DNA of 64,000 bases, from assembly GCF_964355755.1 (NCBI RefSeq), contig NC_092674.1, positions 9,610,001-9,674,000 of the forward strand. Reading direction: 5' to 3'. A program made the translations under genes and the position numbers. The DNA comes from Antedon mediterranea (taxonomy: Eukaryota; Animalia; Echinodermata). The notes under the pieces are model-generated. The model was given only the letters and a program-made list of their open reading frames with translations. It ran no database searches and was not told the origin of the DNA. Of this stretch, positions 1 to 12,424 are shown piece by piece. Every line of letters begins with the position of its first letter. Within the stretch, counting starts at the first letter, position 1.

Positions 1-2647
1 TATCATTACTAATGGTTCGGAATCTCTTTTCATTGAAATCGATGCACAACCCAAAAACATAATCCTTGGAGTAGTATATCGTTTGCCTGAATTATCCATT
101 AACACATTTAATAAAGATATCTCTAATTTAATTGACACCATTAATAATGAGAAAAAAACAGCATATATTTCAGGAGACTTTAATATTAACTTGTTAAATT
201 CCAAAACACATAAAGGTACTTCTGATTTTGTTAATACTTTATTTCAATCAAATTATTATCCTCTTATTACTAGGCCAACTAGAATTACGCGTAATTCTGC
301 AACTTTAATCGACAATATTTTTTGTAATAATCTATATGATAACATTTCTTCCGGAATTCTATATTCGGACATCTCGGATCACTTTCCTGTTTTCTTGTTA
401 GTACATAAATCAGAACCTCTCCAACACCTGAAACCTAAATCAAAATATATATACATAAAAAAAGTCAATGATATTTCAATTTCTGCCTTAAGTAATGATT
501 TGTCAAATGTTGACTGGACTAGTATTTATAACTCCAATGAACCCAATGAGGCATACGCTTTATTCAACGACATATTTAGTACATTATATAATAACAACAT
601 TAAAACCACTCGTTCCAGACGCAATATTCGGAAAGAAAAAAAACCTTGGATAACTAAATGCTTAATTAAATCTATCGACAAAAAACACAAATTATATAAA
701 ACATTTCTTATATCTAAAAAGCAAAAGGACAAAGATAAATATGTTAAATATCGAAATGTACTTACCAAAATCCTTCGTACTGCCCAAAAGAATTACTTCA
801 GTGACAAATTTGAATTCCATAAAAATAACATCCAAAAAACCTGGCAAACAATAAATGGAGTCCTTGGCAAGAAATCTCGTAAACCGTTTCCTTCTCACTT
901 TATTAACAATGACATTGAATTAAATAATCCTCAACAAATTGCAACTGAATTCAATAATTATTTTACTAGTATAGGGCCAAATTTAGTTAACAAAATACAT
1001 GTGTCGGATAATGATAATTATACTTCTACCCTACCTCGTCCATGTGTGCACTCTCTCTTTCTTAGTCCTGTAACCGAACATGAAGTTGTCAGTATAATAC
1101 TTTCCCTCAAAGATAATAAATCTCCTGGGTTTGATGGGTTTTCCAATAAAATTATTAAACGTGTTTCTAATTTTATATGCAAACCCTTAACTAACATTTT
1201 TAATACTTCTTTTCAAACCGGTATTTTTCCTGATTCTTTTAAAATAGCTAAAGTCATCCCTATCTACAAGAAAGAAGATCCTCATCATTTCAATAACTAC
1301 AGACCAATCTCCCTACTTCCTTGTTTCTCAAAATTAATTGAAAAAATAATGCATAATCGAATTTCTTCCTTTTTAACTAAACATAACATTTTATTTAAAG
1401 GCCAATATGGTTTCAGGAAAAAGTATTCAACAGATCTTGCTTTATTAGATATTTTTGACAAAATTACAATTGCCCTGAGTAAAAATGAGTTTTCTGTTGG
1501 CATTTTCCTTGATTTATCTAAGGCCTTCGATACTATTAACCACGATATTTTAATTCATAAACTTTCAAATTACGGTATCAGAGGCCTTCCTTTAAAACTA
1601 ATTAAAAGCTACCTTTCCAATCGTGTTCAGTTTACTTCCTTAAATAATTTTAACTCTTCCTATTCCCGTTTAACCTGTGGTGTTCCCCAAGGATCGATTC
1701 TTGGACCACTCTTATTCCTGATTTTTGTTAACGATATACCAAACAGCTCTAAATTACTAAATTTTATCTTATTTGCTGACGACACAAATATTTTTTTCTC
1801 TCATCCTAAATCAAATACCTTGTTTAAAATTGTCAATGATGAGTTACTTAAAGTTTCAAATTGGCTCAAACACAATAAATTAACTCTTAATACATTCAAA
1901 ACGAACTATATAATATTTTCTAAACGTAAAATTTCAAATTCTTTAAATGAACAAATATACATTGATAATAAAATGATCAAACGAGTTAATGAAACCCAAT
2001 TTTTAGGAGTAACCATAGATGCCTCTCTGACTTGGAAACTACATATAAATAAAATCAGTAATCTAGTTTCTAGAAATGTTGGAATATTGAACAAATTAAA
2101 ACATATCTTCCCTCAAAAAACCTTATTAACCCTTTATAATACTTTAGTTTTGCCTTACCTTTCTTATGCCAATTTATGTTGGGCAATTACTCTAGATAAA
2201 TTTAATACGTTATGCCCCTGGACAAGTCTAGAGAAAACTCAAATTGACCGCCTTTTTAAACTACAAAAACGTGCACTTCGGATTTGCGCGGGAGAATCAT
2301 TTAGAGCCCATACAAAATTACTTTTTAAAAGATTTAACGTTTTAAACATTTATGATTTAAATAAATTACAAGTTGCCTCATTTATGTACCGTTTATCTAA
2401 CAATTTACTGCCTTCACATTTTAATGCTTTATTTACAAGAATTGACGAACGCCATTCCTATAAAACCCTATCCTCTGTTAACAATTATATCCTTGATAAT
2501 TTAAATGTTAAGGCTCGACGATTTTCTATGTATTATTTTGGTCCCAAACTTTGGACTTCACTCTCAAATGAACTTAAACAGAAATCTTCCTTTTCTAGTT
2601 TTAAATCTAATTTCAAACACAAAATGGTGTCAGAATATGCTACATAA
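1..2647 (+). CDS. Non-LTR retrotransposon ORF2 (AP endonuclease + reverse transcriptase), CR1/L2-group LINE; 5' end lies before the window
   Basis: The frame is open from base 2 (IITNGSESLFIEI...ILGVVYR) to TAA at 2647. EN motifs: GDFN, TLIDNIF, SDHFP. RT motifs: KSPGFDG, YRPISLL, QYGFR, FLDLSKAFD, GVPQGSILGPLLF, FADD, FLGV. Confidence 0.95.
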   Translation, partial: IITNGSESLFIEIDAQPKNIILGVVYRLPELSINTFNKDISNLIDTINNEKKTAYISGDFNINLLNSKTHKGTSDFVNTLFQSNYYPLITRPTRITRNSATLIDNIFCNNLYDNISSGILYSDISDHFPVFLLVHKSEPLQHLKPKSKYIYIKKVNDISISALSNDLSNVDWTSIYNSNEPNEAYALFNDIFSTLYNNNIKTTRSRRNIRKEKKPWITKCLIKSIDKKHKLYKTFLISKKQKDKDKYVKYRNVLTKILRTAQKNYFSDKFEFHKNNIQKTWQTINGVLGKKSRKPFPSHFINNDIELNNPQQIATEFNNYFTSIGPNLVNKIHVSDNDNYTSTLPRPCVHSLFLSPVTEHEVVSIILSLKDNKSPGFDGFSNKIIKRVSNFICKPLTNIFNTSFQTGIFPDSFKIAKVIPIYKKEDPHHFNNYRPISLLPCFSKLIEKIMHNRISSFLTKHNILFKGQYGFRKKYSTDLALLDIFDKITIALSKNEFSVGIFLDLSKAFDTINHDILIHKLSNYGIRGLPLKLIKSYLSNRVQFTSLNNFNSSYSRLTCGVPQGSILGPLLFLIFVNDIPNSSKLLNFILFADDTNIFFSHPKSNTLFKIVNDELLKVSNWLKHNKLTLNTFKTNYIIFSKRKISNSLNEQIYIDNKMIKRVNETQFLGVTIDASLTWKLHINKISNLVSRNVGILNKLKHIFPQKTLLTLYNTLVLPYLSYANLCWAITLDKFNTLCPWTSLEKTQIDRLFKLQKRALRICAGESFRAHTKLLFKRFNVLNIYDLNKLQVASFMYRLSNNLLPSHFNALFTRIDERHSYKTLSSVNNYILDNLNVKARRFSMYYFGPKLWTSLSNELKQKSSFSSFKSNFKHKMVSEYAT

Positions 2648-3105
2648 ATTTTCGCCGATCTTTTATCCTTATTTATTTGGTGGTGATACATGGCATTAAA
2701 TCCTTCACCCTGGTATTCAATAATCTCCGCTACATTGTATCGTTATACTTGTTATTATACCATATTTAATTATATTTCATATTGTACTCTAATTGTTATC
2801 ATTATCCCTTTTATCATATATTATATAATTGCCTGGTTTATCTTAACTTCTATAATTTAAATTTTTTTTTATTTCTTTATTTTATGTACTTTCACTATTA
2901 TATATTTATATTTTAGTCTACTCTGTAGCAATGTTAGTATACTTAGGCATACGGGAGTCACGACTTAAAGTTCAGTGAACTTACTGTGACTTCCATCCAC
3001 CCACATTTAATATATGTTATGTTATGTAAATGTAAATGATATATATATATATATATATATATAAGTGAGTGGAAAAAATAAATAAACGAAAATGAAATAA
3101 ATATA
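1..3105 (+). mobile_element. CR1/L2-group LINE including 3' UTR, stem-loop and simple-repeat tail
   Basis: ORF2 is followed by an AT-rich UTR, a hairpin GTCAC..AAGTTCA-G-TGAACTT..GTGAC (~2957-2990), (TA)n and AATAAA-like repeats. The 3' boundary is approximate. Confidence 0.85.
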
Positions 3106-3186
3106 TGTTTACGTGAATGTTTAATTTGCGGTCGTCATTTCAAAGTTGTTTTCAAGGTTAATGATTCTATAATATGAAATTGACCA

Positions 3187-6100
3187 TTATTAGTTATCCG
3201 CACTCGGCGGATAACTCCTTGTGATTGTATGGGATCATCATTTTTTTTTTTTTTTCTGTATTATTAGTTATCCGCTTAGTAGCGGATAACTCCTTGTAAT
3301 CGTCCTGTTTCATCATATTTTTTTTTCTTTTCTGTATTATTCTTCTTTCCTTCTGTCATTTTTGTGCGTCGCGTTTCTCTAAAACGTGTAAACAGAACAT
3401 ATCGTAACTTTGTCAACATAACGACATTTACGTGAACTTGTGCACCTCCTATTTTTGAATGACGTCAGAGTTGCGCAACGTGACTTACGCGCGATTTTAT
3501 GAATTTCAATGATTGATCATAGACTAAAAACGAAACATAATTTTGTTTTGACACTTTGTGAAAATTTAAGTCATATCAAGCGCAAACTTTCTATTGATTA
3601 AAAATAGCATGTTTCACAAAAAGTTACGCGCGCACGCGCGTTTAAAATTTTAGAATACGAAAGATCAACTTCTAATCAACTTTCTATGCGTTTCATGTCA
3701 TTTTGAGCATGTCAAAAATTCCCACGCGCGCGAAAATTTTTACGCACGCGGTGCACACGTAGCGTTAAAAACATATTTTTTTCGCGTGATTTATGTTTTT
3801 TCAGCCTTTTCTAGTAATGTTACCAAATTTTAAACAATTTCGACTTAAAATTACGTCATACGAGCACGTCGAATTAGATAATTTGCACGCGTTTTTGGTG
3901 AAAAAGTTCAAAAATTCGTCAAAATTATGCCTATTTTTAAACAGTCATAGATTCTAAACTACATGGAGAACTTTTTTTAAATTACATATTCTGGAAGTTG
4001 ATGAGTTGTAAATATCGGATCATGCATTAATATGGCTAACCGGACATTGTGACGTCATCGTATGGCCACGCCAATATAAAATATAGGATTTTTGTCTCTT
4101 TCGTCATAGCTCATCACATTTAATAGAGCGCATCTCCACTTATTCGTTGTCTATTTTCACCCCGATTTTAATATATTCTAGGTCAATCAACTATCTTTTG
4201 CATGAATTAAAAATTTTTTAATTTTTTTAACGTCATCATGCCTAAAAATTTAAATTACGTTGGTCATTAATTTTATCTTTACATTAAATTTTAATCTGTT
4301 ATACCTCGTAAGAATAAAATGTGATAATCACGATTAAAACGTTTTCAGGAAGCTATTTTATTGTAGATACAAAATCATGTGTAAATTGTGGCAATCGAAT
4401 GTTGTGACGTCATCATATGGCCAGTTAAATAAAAAAAGTCGTATTTTCATCTTTTGCATTATATTTCATTACATTAAAAAGAGCGCGCATCAATATTTCA
4501 CGTATTAAAATTTCTTCTATACGTTAATATGTTGTTGCTGAGATAATTTCATTCAGAAATTTCTACTTTTGCATTTCATTTTGAAACCGTCAAGATGTTA
4601 AAAATTACAATAAAATACGGGTCCCGTAATTTCACCTATTTTACACTGTTTGTGATATGTATACAGATTGTACTGTGTATACTATATGACACAAAATAAC
4701 AGAATTCAGAAATAACAACATATCATATTCTTCAGTTCAGGTTATAATGCCTTAATATTTTTCTGTGTGCAATATTCTAACGTATGACGTGCACGTGGCG
4801 TTTGTCGAGCGGATAACTAACTCGTCAAAGTGACGAGTTTCATGTCTAGTTCTTATTTCTTTCCTTCCATTTTTGTGTAGAGCGTTTCTCTAACATGTGT
4901 AAACGTAACATTTCATAACTTTGACAACATGTGGGCATTTATGTGAAGTTGTGCACCTCCTATTTTTGAATGACGTCAGAGTTGCGCAACGTGACTTACG
5001 CGCGATTTTATGAATTTCGCGTATTTAACATAGGTGAAAAACCAAATAACATTTTGAATTGAAACTTTGCAGAAGTTTAATTTATATCGTGCGCTAACTT
5101 TCTGTGGAAAAAAAATTGCGAGTTTTACACAAATTTACGCGCGCACGCGCATTTAAAATTTGAAAATGCGAAAAAACAATTTCTAATCGACTTTCTACGC
5201 GTTTCATGTCATTTTGAGCATGTCAAAAATTCCCACCCGCCCGCAATTTTTTACGCGCGCGGTGCGCACGTAGCATTAAATACATTTTTTTTTCGAGTGA
5301 TTTATGTTTTTCCAGCCTTTTCTAGTAATTTTACAAACTTTTAAACAATTTTGACTTAAAATGACGTTATACGAGCACGTAGAATTGAACAATTTGCACA
5401 GGTTTTTGATGAAAAAAATCAAAAATTCGTCAAAATTAAGCCTTTTTTTAAACAGTCGTAATTTCTATACTAAACAATGAAAGTTATTCTGATTACATAT
5501 TCTGGAAGTTGATGAGTTGTAGATATCGGATCATGCATTAATATGGCTAACAGGACATTGTGATGTCATCGTAAGGCCACGCGAATATAAAATTTAGGAT
5601 TTTTGTATCTTTCTTCATAGCTCATCACATTTAATAGAGCGCATCTACACTTATCCGTTTTCCATTTTCACCCCGATTTTGATATTGTCTAGATCAATCA
5701 ACTATCTTTCGCACGAGTTAAAAATATTTTTATTTTTATGACGTCATCATGCCTAAAAATTTAAATTACGTGTGGCATAAATTTCATATTTACAGTAAAA
5801 TTTTATCTGTTTATAGCTCGTAAGAATGAAATGTGATAATCATGATTAAAACGTTTTCTGGAAGCTATTGAATTGTAGATACGAAATCATGTGAACATTT
5901 TGCTAATCGGATGTTGTGACGTCATCATATGGCCAGTTATATAAAAAAAGTCGTATTTTCATCTTTTGCGTTATAATTCATTACATTTAAAAGAGCGCGC
6001 ATCAATATTTCACTTATTCAAATTTCTTGTACACGCTAATATGTTGTTGCTGAGATAATTTCCTTCCGAAATTGCTACCTTCGCATTTCATTGTGAAACC

Positions 6101-6368
6101 GTCAGCATGTTAAAAATTGGAATAAATACCGGGTCCCGTATTTTCCCCTATTCTACACTGTATGTGATTGTGATATGTATACAGATTATACTGTGTATAC
6201 TATATGACACAAAATAACAGAATTCAGCAATAACAACATAATCATATTCTTCAGTCCAGGTCATAATGCCATAATCTTTTTCTGTGTGCAATATTCCAAC
6301 GTATGACGTGCTCGTGGCGTTTGTCGTGCGGATAACTAACTCGTCAAAGTGACGAGTTTCATGTCTAG
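3187..6368 (+). mobile_element. Helentron-associated non-autonomous element (HINE/DINE-1-like), family 1, outer copy
   Basis: 5' end TTATTAGTTATCCGC..GCGGATAACT forms an inverted repeat. The 3' end has subTIR GCGGATAACT, palindrome AACTCGTCAAAGTGACGAGTT and terminal CTAG|T. Interrupted by a second copy at 3261-4850. Confidence 0.75.
3261..4850 (+). mobile_element. HINE family 1, inner copy nested in the outer copy
   Basis: Same head and tail motifs as the outer copy. The ~1.5-kb body is highly similar to 4851-6368. Confidence 0.75.
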
Positions 6369-7822
6369 TATTTTATTTGTGAGGGTACGGTAAAACCTTC
6401 AATTTAATTTCTCCACGTCAGGCCCGCCGAATCGACGCTGTTCAACGGAAGTTTGTACGATTTCTGTCAATCGTCAACAAATAATTATTTAATTCAACTT
6501 AATTAGTAGGCCTGATGGTGTTCAATTGTTGGTACATTGAGAAAAATGTCATGCGTGATTTACTGAAATGTACGGTGGCTGATTTCCGTAAAACAAAAAA
6601 ATTTATTTTATAACGCCCTAATTATACAATCCGTCCACACGTACATGCGCATGCGTAGTACATCAACAACCCCAGACCCATTAAGAGTTGCGACTTTGAA
6701 TGGATTGAATCAATTTTGTTAAAATAATAATATCATTATTTTGAAGATTAAAAAAAAAAATAGCTTTAATCCACATTTAATTTAACGGCTCTGGCTGTGC
6801 GCTCTATACACGCTCTACGCGTTTATTTTGTACAGCGATTCTCTATAGTAATGCATTGTTTTTACATTTTGTTGTTTAAAATCATCTTCGCAGTAACTTT
6901 ATGATTGCGTTATCTTAACAAAAACCTTAACAAATTGATTGTTTTGATATTTAAAACCTTGTGAATGTTATACATTTTTAAGCACATGACTCGACTCCAT
7001 ACACTACATAGGCATAGTTGGACACAAATGGTCAGTAATGTACCACGTGACTTTTTAAAATCCGTGAATGCTTACAATTGCCCAGATGGCTCTCGAATAC
7101 AGGAACTTTGGTGTTAAGAACTGGAAATTGTAAAAATGAACACAGAGCGAATGCAGTCAAACGCGATGTAATCTGCAAAAAGCTATTGTAATTTGGATAA
7201 TTGACCACAACGATTTTGCTTATTTTTGTCTTTTTCTTTCTCCTTCGAAGTACATCTTCGTACACTACTAGGACATTTCAACTACCTTCCTCTAAAAAAA
7301 CCACGACGAGCTTCTCCAATACGCTTTCCAGTGGTGTAAGCGGGAAATGGCAGTAGGACGGAATGTATTTTGCAAATGAACTATATTTCCATTCATGCAA
7401 AATTAACTAGAAAATAGTGATTAATACAGCATCATTCATAGAGTGCGCTGCAGGCCTAATAATTTGTTAAGGAAATTATTATTATGTCATTATGTTATTA
7501 TTAATTGTACAGTAATATAACACACCTGATTGTATCCTTGCAATTTGATTGGTATTAGGCATCACGTGCCATTTGGAATTCGCCATATCTCATGCAAATG
7601 TGATATCTAATGGTGATAATGAACGGTACTAATGCACGTTCAGCTTTCATTTTGAGGATTTTTGCCACGCGACGTTGTTGACAGATAACGTTCGGAAGTC
7701 AACGCCGTCTAGGAATTTATATTCTTTATACAATGAACGAATTAGTTATTAGTTCTTAAACGCTTTTGCTTTTTAGTTAAGTACAGGTGAACTTATTTAG
7801 GCCTATAGTCTATAGTTTGTGG

Positions 7823-7831
<9 letters not shown>

Positions 7832-7853
<22 letters not shown>

Positions 7854-9725
7854 TATTGAACACTTTCATATTTAAATTTAAAAAATAGCTTAACATAATA
7901 ACACTTTCTTATTAATAGTAATACACAATATACATTTCTCTTAAGAACAAAATATAAATAATTTCACAATGTAATAAATATAAATTTTTTTTTTCTTTTC
8001 ACTTAAAAACAAAGTCTATAAATAATTTGTTGTCAATTTTTTCTTATACTGTATAACATATTTCAACTAAATAATTTAATTAAACATAAAACTTTCTTAT
8101 TCAAATAAATAGTTTAGCTTACTAAATAAACAGATCATAAAAGTCTATAAATAATTCAGGATTAAAAAACATAATATAACAAACAGTACTAAGTCCTTTT
8201 TTTTTAATGCAAAGTTACCAGTCAATAAGTTCATGTTTTTCCAAGAAAGGACTCCATTTATTTAAGTAAGTATGATGCTCCCCTTTAGTTTTCAAAATAA
8301 ATTCTTCTTGTTTAACGTGTAACTTAATCTCATTCACGAATCGAGCAATATTAGGCTTAATTTTTCTCATTTTACAGCTATATGTAGTGTCGACAAATTA
8401 GTAAAATAGTATTTAGGGCTTTAAATGATTTTTTTCTAACTCCAAAAAGGCATAATTCGGGGTTGATAATTACATTTATATTAAAATATGATTTCAACCA
8501 TTGTTTAATCTTTCTCCAAAATATTTTAATTTCACAGCATTGTGTAAAAATATGTATTAAGGTTTCTGTTTCTGCTTTACATAAAGCGCATAAAGGCGAG
8601 TCAATTTTCCCAATTTTATACAAAAAGGAGTTATTACCTAAAATTCTATGCACAATTTTATATTGAAACCAGATTAGTGGTGTGGACATAGTAAGTGAGA
8701 AAAACATGGTATTAATAATTTCCCACTCTTTATCAACATATAAAGTATCCAATGCCTTCTCCCACTTAATTTTAGCTTTCGATTGTTTTTTTTCTAGAGT
8801 TGATTAGAGTATTATAAATTAGCTTTGATCCTTTTTTATTTTTTATTACTACGCTAAGGTTAAAAGGTAGTAGTGGGCTATTTATTTTTCCTTTTGGAAA
8901 AATTTGATATAAAGACGTATGTTGTCTGACCGCATGTATTAGGCCTTCATATTGAAGAAAGTTGATGTTAAGATTATGACGTTTACAAAGTTGTTTTAAT
9001 GGAGTTATTCCATGTCTATCAACTAAATCATTTATAAAATTCACCCCATGATTACTCCAGTTTTTATAATAGATACTTTCTCCGCCGACTTTAATATTGT
9101 CATTCATCCAGAGTTTTTGTCTACATATCGATTCGGTGCTCATAGGAGTGTTGTGTTTCACAAATACGCACCACGCCTTTATTACATCCAGCCAAAATGC
9201 ATTGTAAGGCTTAACCTTCGCTAATTTGATTAATTTCGATGATCCGCCTTCTATGAGCCAAGTTTTATGAATATTCAACACGAGTGGAACTAAAAGAGCC
9301 CATCCTGTCTCATTGGACGTTACTAACCGTCTAACCCACGTGATTTTTACCGATTGAATATATGCGTTTATATCGACCATTCGTAAGCCTCCAAATTTAT
9401 TTTCTTGTATAAGTTGATCTCTGGATATTCTATCCACCCCTTTCAATATGAAACGATATAGTTCTGACTTAAGTGATTTTATTACATTTTCAGGGGGATC
9501 GGGTAATGTCGAAAGGATATAGGTAAGTTTGGACAGTAATAAAGACTTCACTACCGTGATTCTTCCCAAAACAGTTAAGTTTCTTTTTGACCAATGTCTC
9601 ATTGTATTTTTTATTGATTTATATACGTCTTCATAGTTCAAATCTACCATTTTATTTAAATTTGTACTGAACCGAATACCCAATGATTCAAAGGGTTCTC
9701 CATGTTTGATCCAATTTATATTATA
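7832..9725 (-). mobile_element. 5'-truncated, frameshifted L1/Tx1-type LINE
   Basis: Poly-T (minus-strand polyA) to 7854. TSD GTGGATTAATTTT at 7819-7831 and 9726-9738. ORF pieces 8772-9683 (GRITVVKSLLLSKL, GGLRMVD) and 8378-8752 (CALC..ETLIHIF..C zf-RVT-like) are in different frames. Confidence 0.9.
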
Positions 9726-9821
9726 GTGGATTAATTTTGATCATATGAATGGATACGAAGTCTGAAAAAAAAAGTCCAGAAATGAATGAATAAATAAATA
9801 ATAAAATTGTAATTATTCTTT

Positions 9822-10385
9822 TTTTTTTTTTTTTTTTTTTTTCAGTATACATATGCAAAAGAAAAACAAAACCGACACAGCGGTGACATGAGGCAAAACA
9901 AAATAAATAACATTCTTAAAAACTTAAAAAGCAAAAGCAAAAAGCAAACATAAAAAGTAAAAGGTATATCTTCTTAGTTCTCCATTAATCCAAGACAATA
10001 AATTTCGCCTTGGTTTATCAAAATAAAATCTTATAAAATCAGAAGTTTAACAAGTTTCCAGTCCTCATTAAATAACTCTATATTGTCGTTTATCAAATGT
10101 AAGTATACTCTTCTATTTTTATAGTACGACTTAAAAAATTAACCAGTCCTGAATTTGATGGTTTAATATCAGAACATCTAGATATGTAAATAAAATATTT
10201 TACTAAAATGACAAGATTATTTACAGCATTGTAAGCATTACCAAATAAAATGCATTCTCTTGTAAGGGTTTTCTCTAAATTATAATTCCTCCTATTCATT
10301 TGTTTGCTTTTAATTAGTTGAATAACAAAAGCCCACAAAGTATTTGCATGGATACAACCATTAAATATATGCTGAATTGTTTCAG
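9822..10385 (-). mobile_element. Short 3' fragment of a second L1/Tx1-type LINE
   Basis: Poly-T at 9819-9842. TSD TGTAATTATTCTTT at 9808-9821 and 10386-10399. Encodes ETIQHIFNGC...LW...VKYFIYISR, an ORF2 C-terminal pattern. Confidence 0.85.
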
Positions 10386-10879
10386 TGTAATTATTCTTTG
10401 CGGGATTCCACATTATCACAGCCACATACACTAGAATATAAGTTTAAGTTCCTCAAAATGATGATGTTTAGGCCTATATTTTCAAATCGGGCATTGCTAA
10501 ATATTGGTCTGACCCCCACATCAAGTTTCGCCCGTACGTTAATGAAGAGTTTGCAGTTATGACGATGGAGGGACAAATGAGCTAGTTCTCAATGTCCGAA
10601 GTTCAAGGTAAAATTCAAGGTAAATTCAAGAAGTTTCTACTGAAACTACTCTCCTTAATATTTGTAAATTTTATTCTTGTAATGTTTTTCTGCTTTTAAT
10701 GTTTCTTCATTGAAGATACCATTAACTACACTGTAAAAACTATAAACACAATGCTAAACACAATTCTTGTAGTCACTTTGGAGACACATAGAATGCTAAA
10801 CATGTTTAGCATTCTATGTGCTTAGGATTATTTCGTGTTTAGCACTAATGTGTTTAGTTTCGTTTTGTGTTTTTACTTT

Positions 10880-11130
10880 AGTGTTTAGAAGAAAAATATG
10901 CTTATCTTTCAAGTGTTTAGCCTTTTCTGTGTTTAGCTCGTTCTGTGTTTAGAAAATCTTAGTGTTTTTGATGTAGTGTTTAGAAGAAAAATATGCTTAT
11001 CTTTCAAGTGTTTAGTTTTTTCTGTGTTTAGCTCGTTCTGTGTTTAGAAAATAGTAGTGTTTTTGATGTAGTGTTTAGAAGAAAAATATGCTTATCTTTC
11101 AAGTGTTTAGCCCGTTTTGCGTTTAGCACA
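10880..11130. repeat. ~102-bp tandem subterminal repeat (~2.5 copies) of the CACTA-like element
   Basis: AGTGTTTAGAAGAAAAATATGCTTATCTTTCAAGTGTTTAG recurs at ~10880, ~10975 and ~11070. Confidence 0.8.
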
Positions 11131-12424
11131 GAAGTGCTTGGAAAAGTATAGTGTTTCAACTTTATAGTGTTTGGAATATCATTTGTGCTTAAATGCAAGT
11201 GTTTAGACCGTTTTGCGTTTAGCATAGACGAGCTTAGCAATGTATTTCGTGTTGTAGACAATTAAGAACACATGCTTACTTGAAATATTTAGCAAACATG
11301 GGCTTACAAATGTGGTATTTTTGCTGTGGTGTTTATAAGAATATACTGTATTCTTTATATCTCTGGGTTTTCATGCTCTGCATTAACACTTTTTCATAGC
11401 CAATAATCACTTATTTTGTTGTTACCTTAAACTCCTATATTGGCCTTTATGCGTATCAGATTGACATCATTAATTAAGAACACAACGGACGAAAGTGATA
11501 TTTTTTAATCAAAACATTTTAATTATTTATTCATGTCTACCAATATAAACTGAAATATTACCTTTTGATAATAACATGAAAGATTAATAAAGGAGTTGAA
11601 TTTAATATACAGCTTCCAACATTGTGTTGACATTATGGAAAGCTGTGAATTGAAATAAAATATTTTGTTATCCTTTAAAATCCAGTATTGAAAAATACCT
11701 AATATTTGAGATACTGTGTCGGATAATGTAATCAAAAACATAATAAATTGCAAATCAACATATAGCATCAGATAACTGCACTTTGACTTTAAAAACATTT
11801 TCATTGCAGAGAATGCATGATTCTATCCGTTTCCCTGGGGTATTCTGCCTTAGTGGTTCTATGTCTTGATCCATGTCCTCCTGCAAGAGAAAAAGTAATG
11901 AATATTAAAATTAATCTGGTTTATTAATTCATTGACAACCGTATACAAAACAGCATTGTTTAAATTCTGCAATTACCTGCAATAAATAAAATAATAATAA
12001 ATAATGGGATAAAATTTAAAAAAAATATTAGTTCTGATGTCTCCTCTATAATTTTGTCCAGATGCTTAGAAGCATCTTCTATACGGTTACCAAGTCATAC
12101 ACGGACTCTAGATGAATATATTGAAAGTGGAAATTCAGTTTCAGTGCTAAAAGTGGACAAATTATGTTCATCTTCTCCTAGAGAAAGAAAGATGTTTGCT
12201 CAATATCCATGTCAGATGTCTAAGAAGAATAATAAAAGAAATATTATTTTGAAACAAAAAAATTGCATATTGAATTGTTGATGCCATTATCAGTCACGAT
12301 AGCTTACCGTAATGACCATTGTAGTCTTATTTCCATTGAGGTAGGCCTTGTTCCAAGGTTTATTGACATGAAACAGTTTGATATTTTTTTTAATAATTTT
12401 TATTTTAAAAAGACATATAGAAAA

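Noticed and set aside
83-85. Start codon of the 854-aa ORF
   Set aside because: It is an internal TTG. The frame is open to the window edge within the endonuclease domain.
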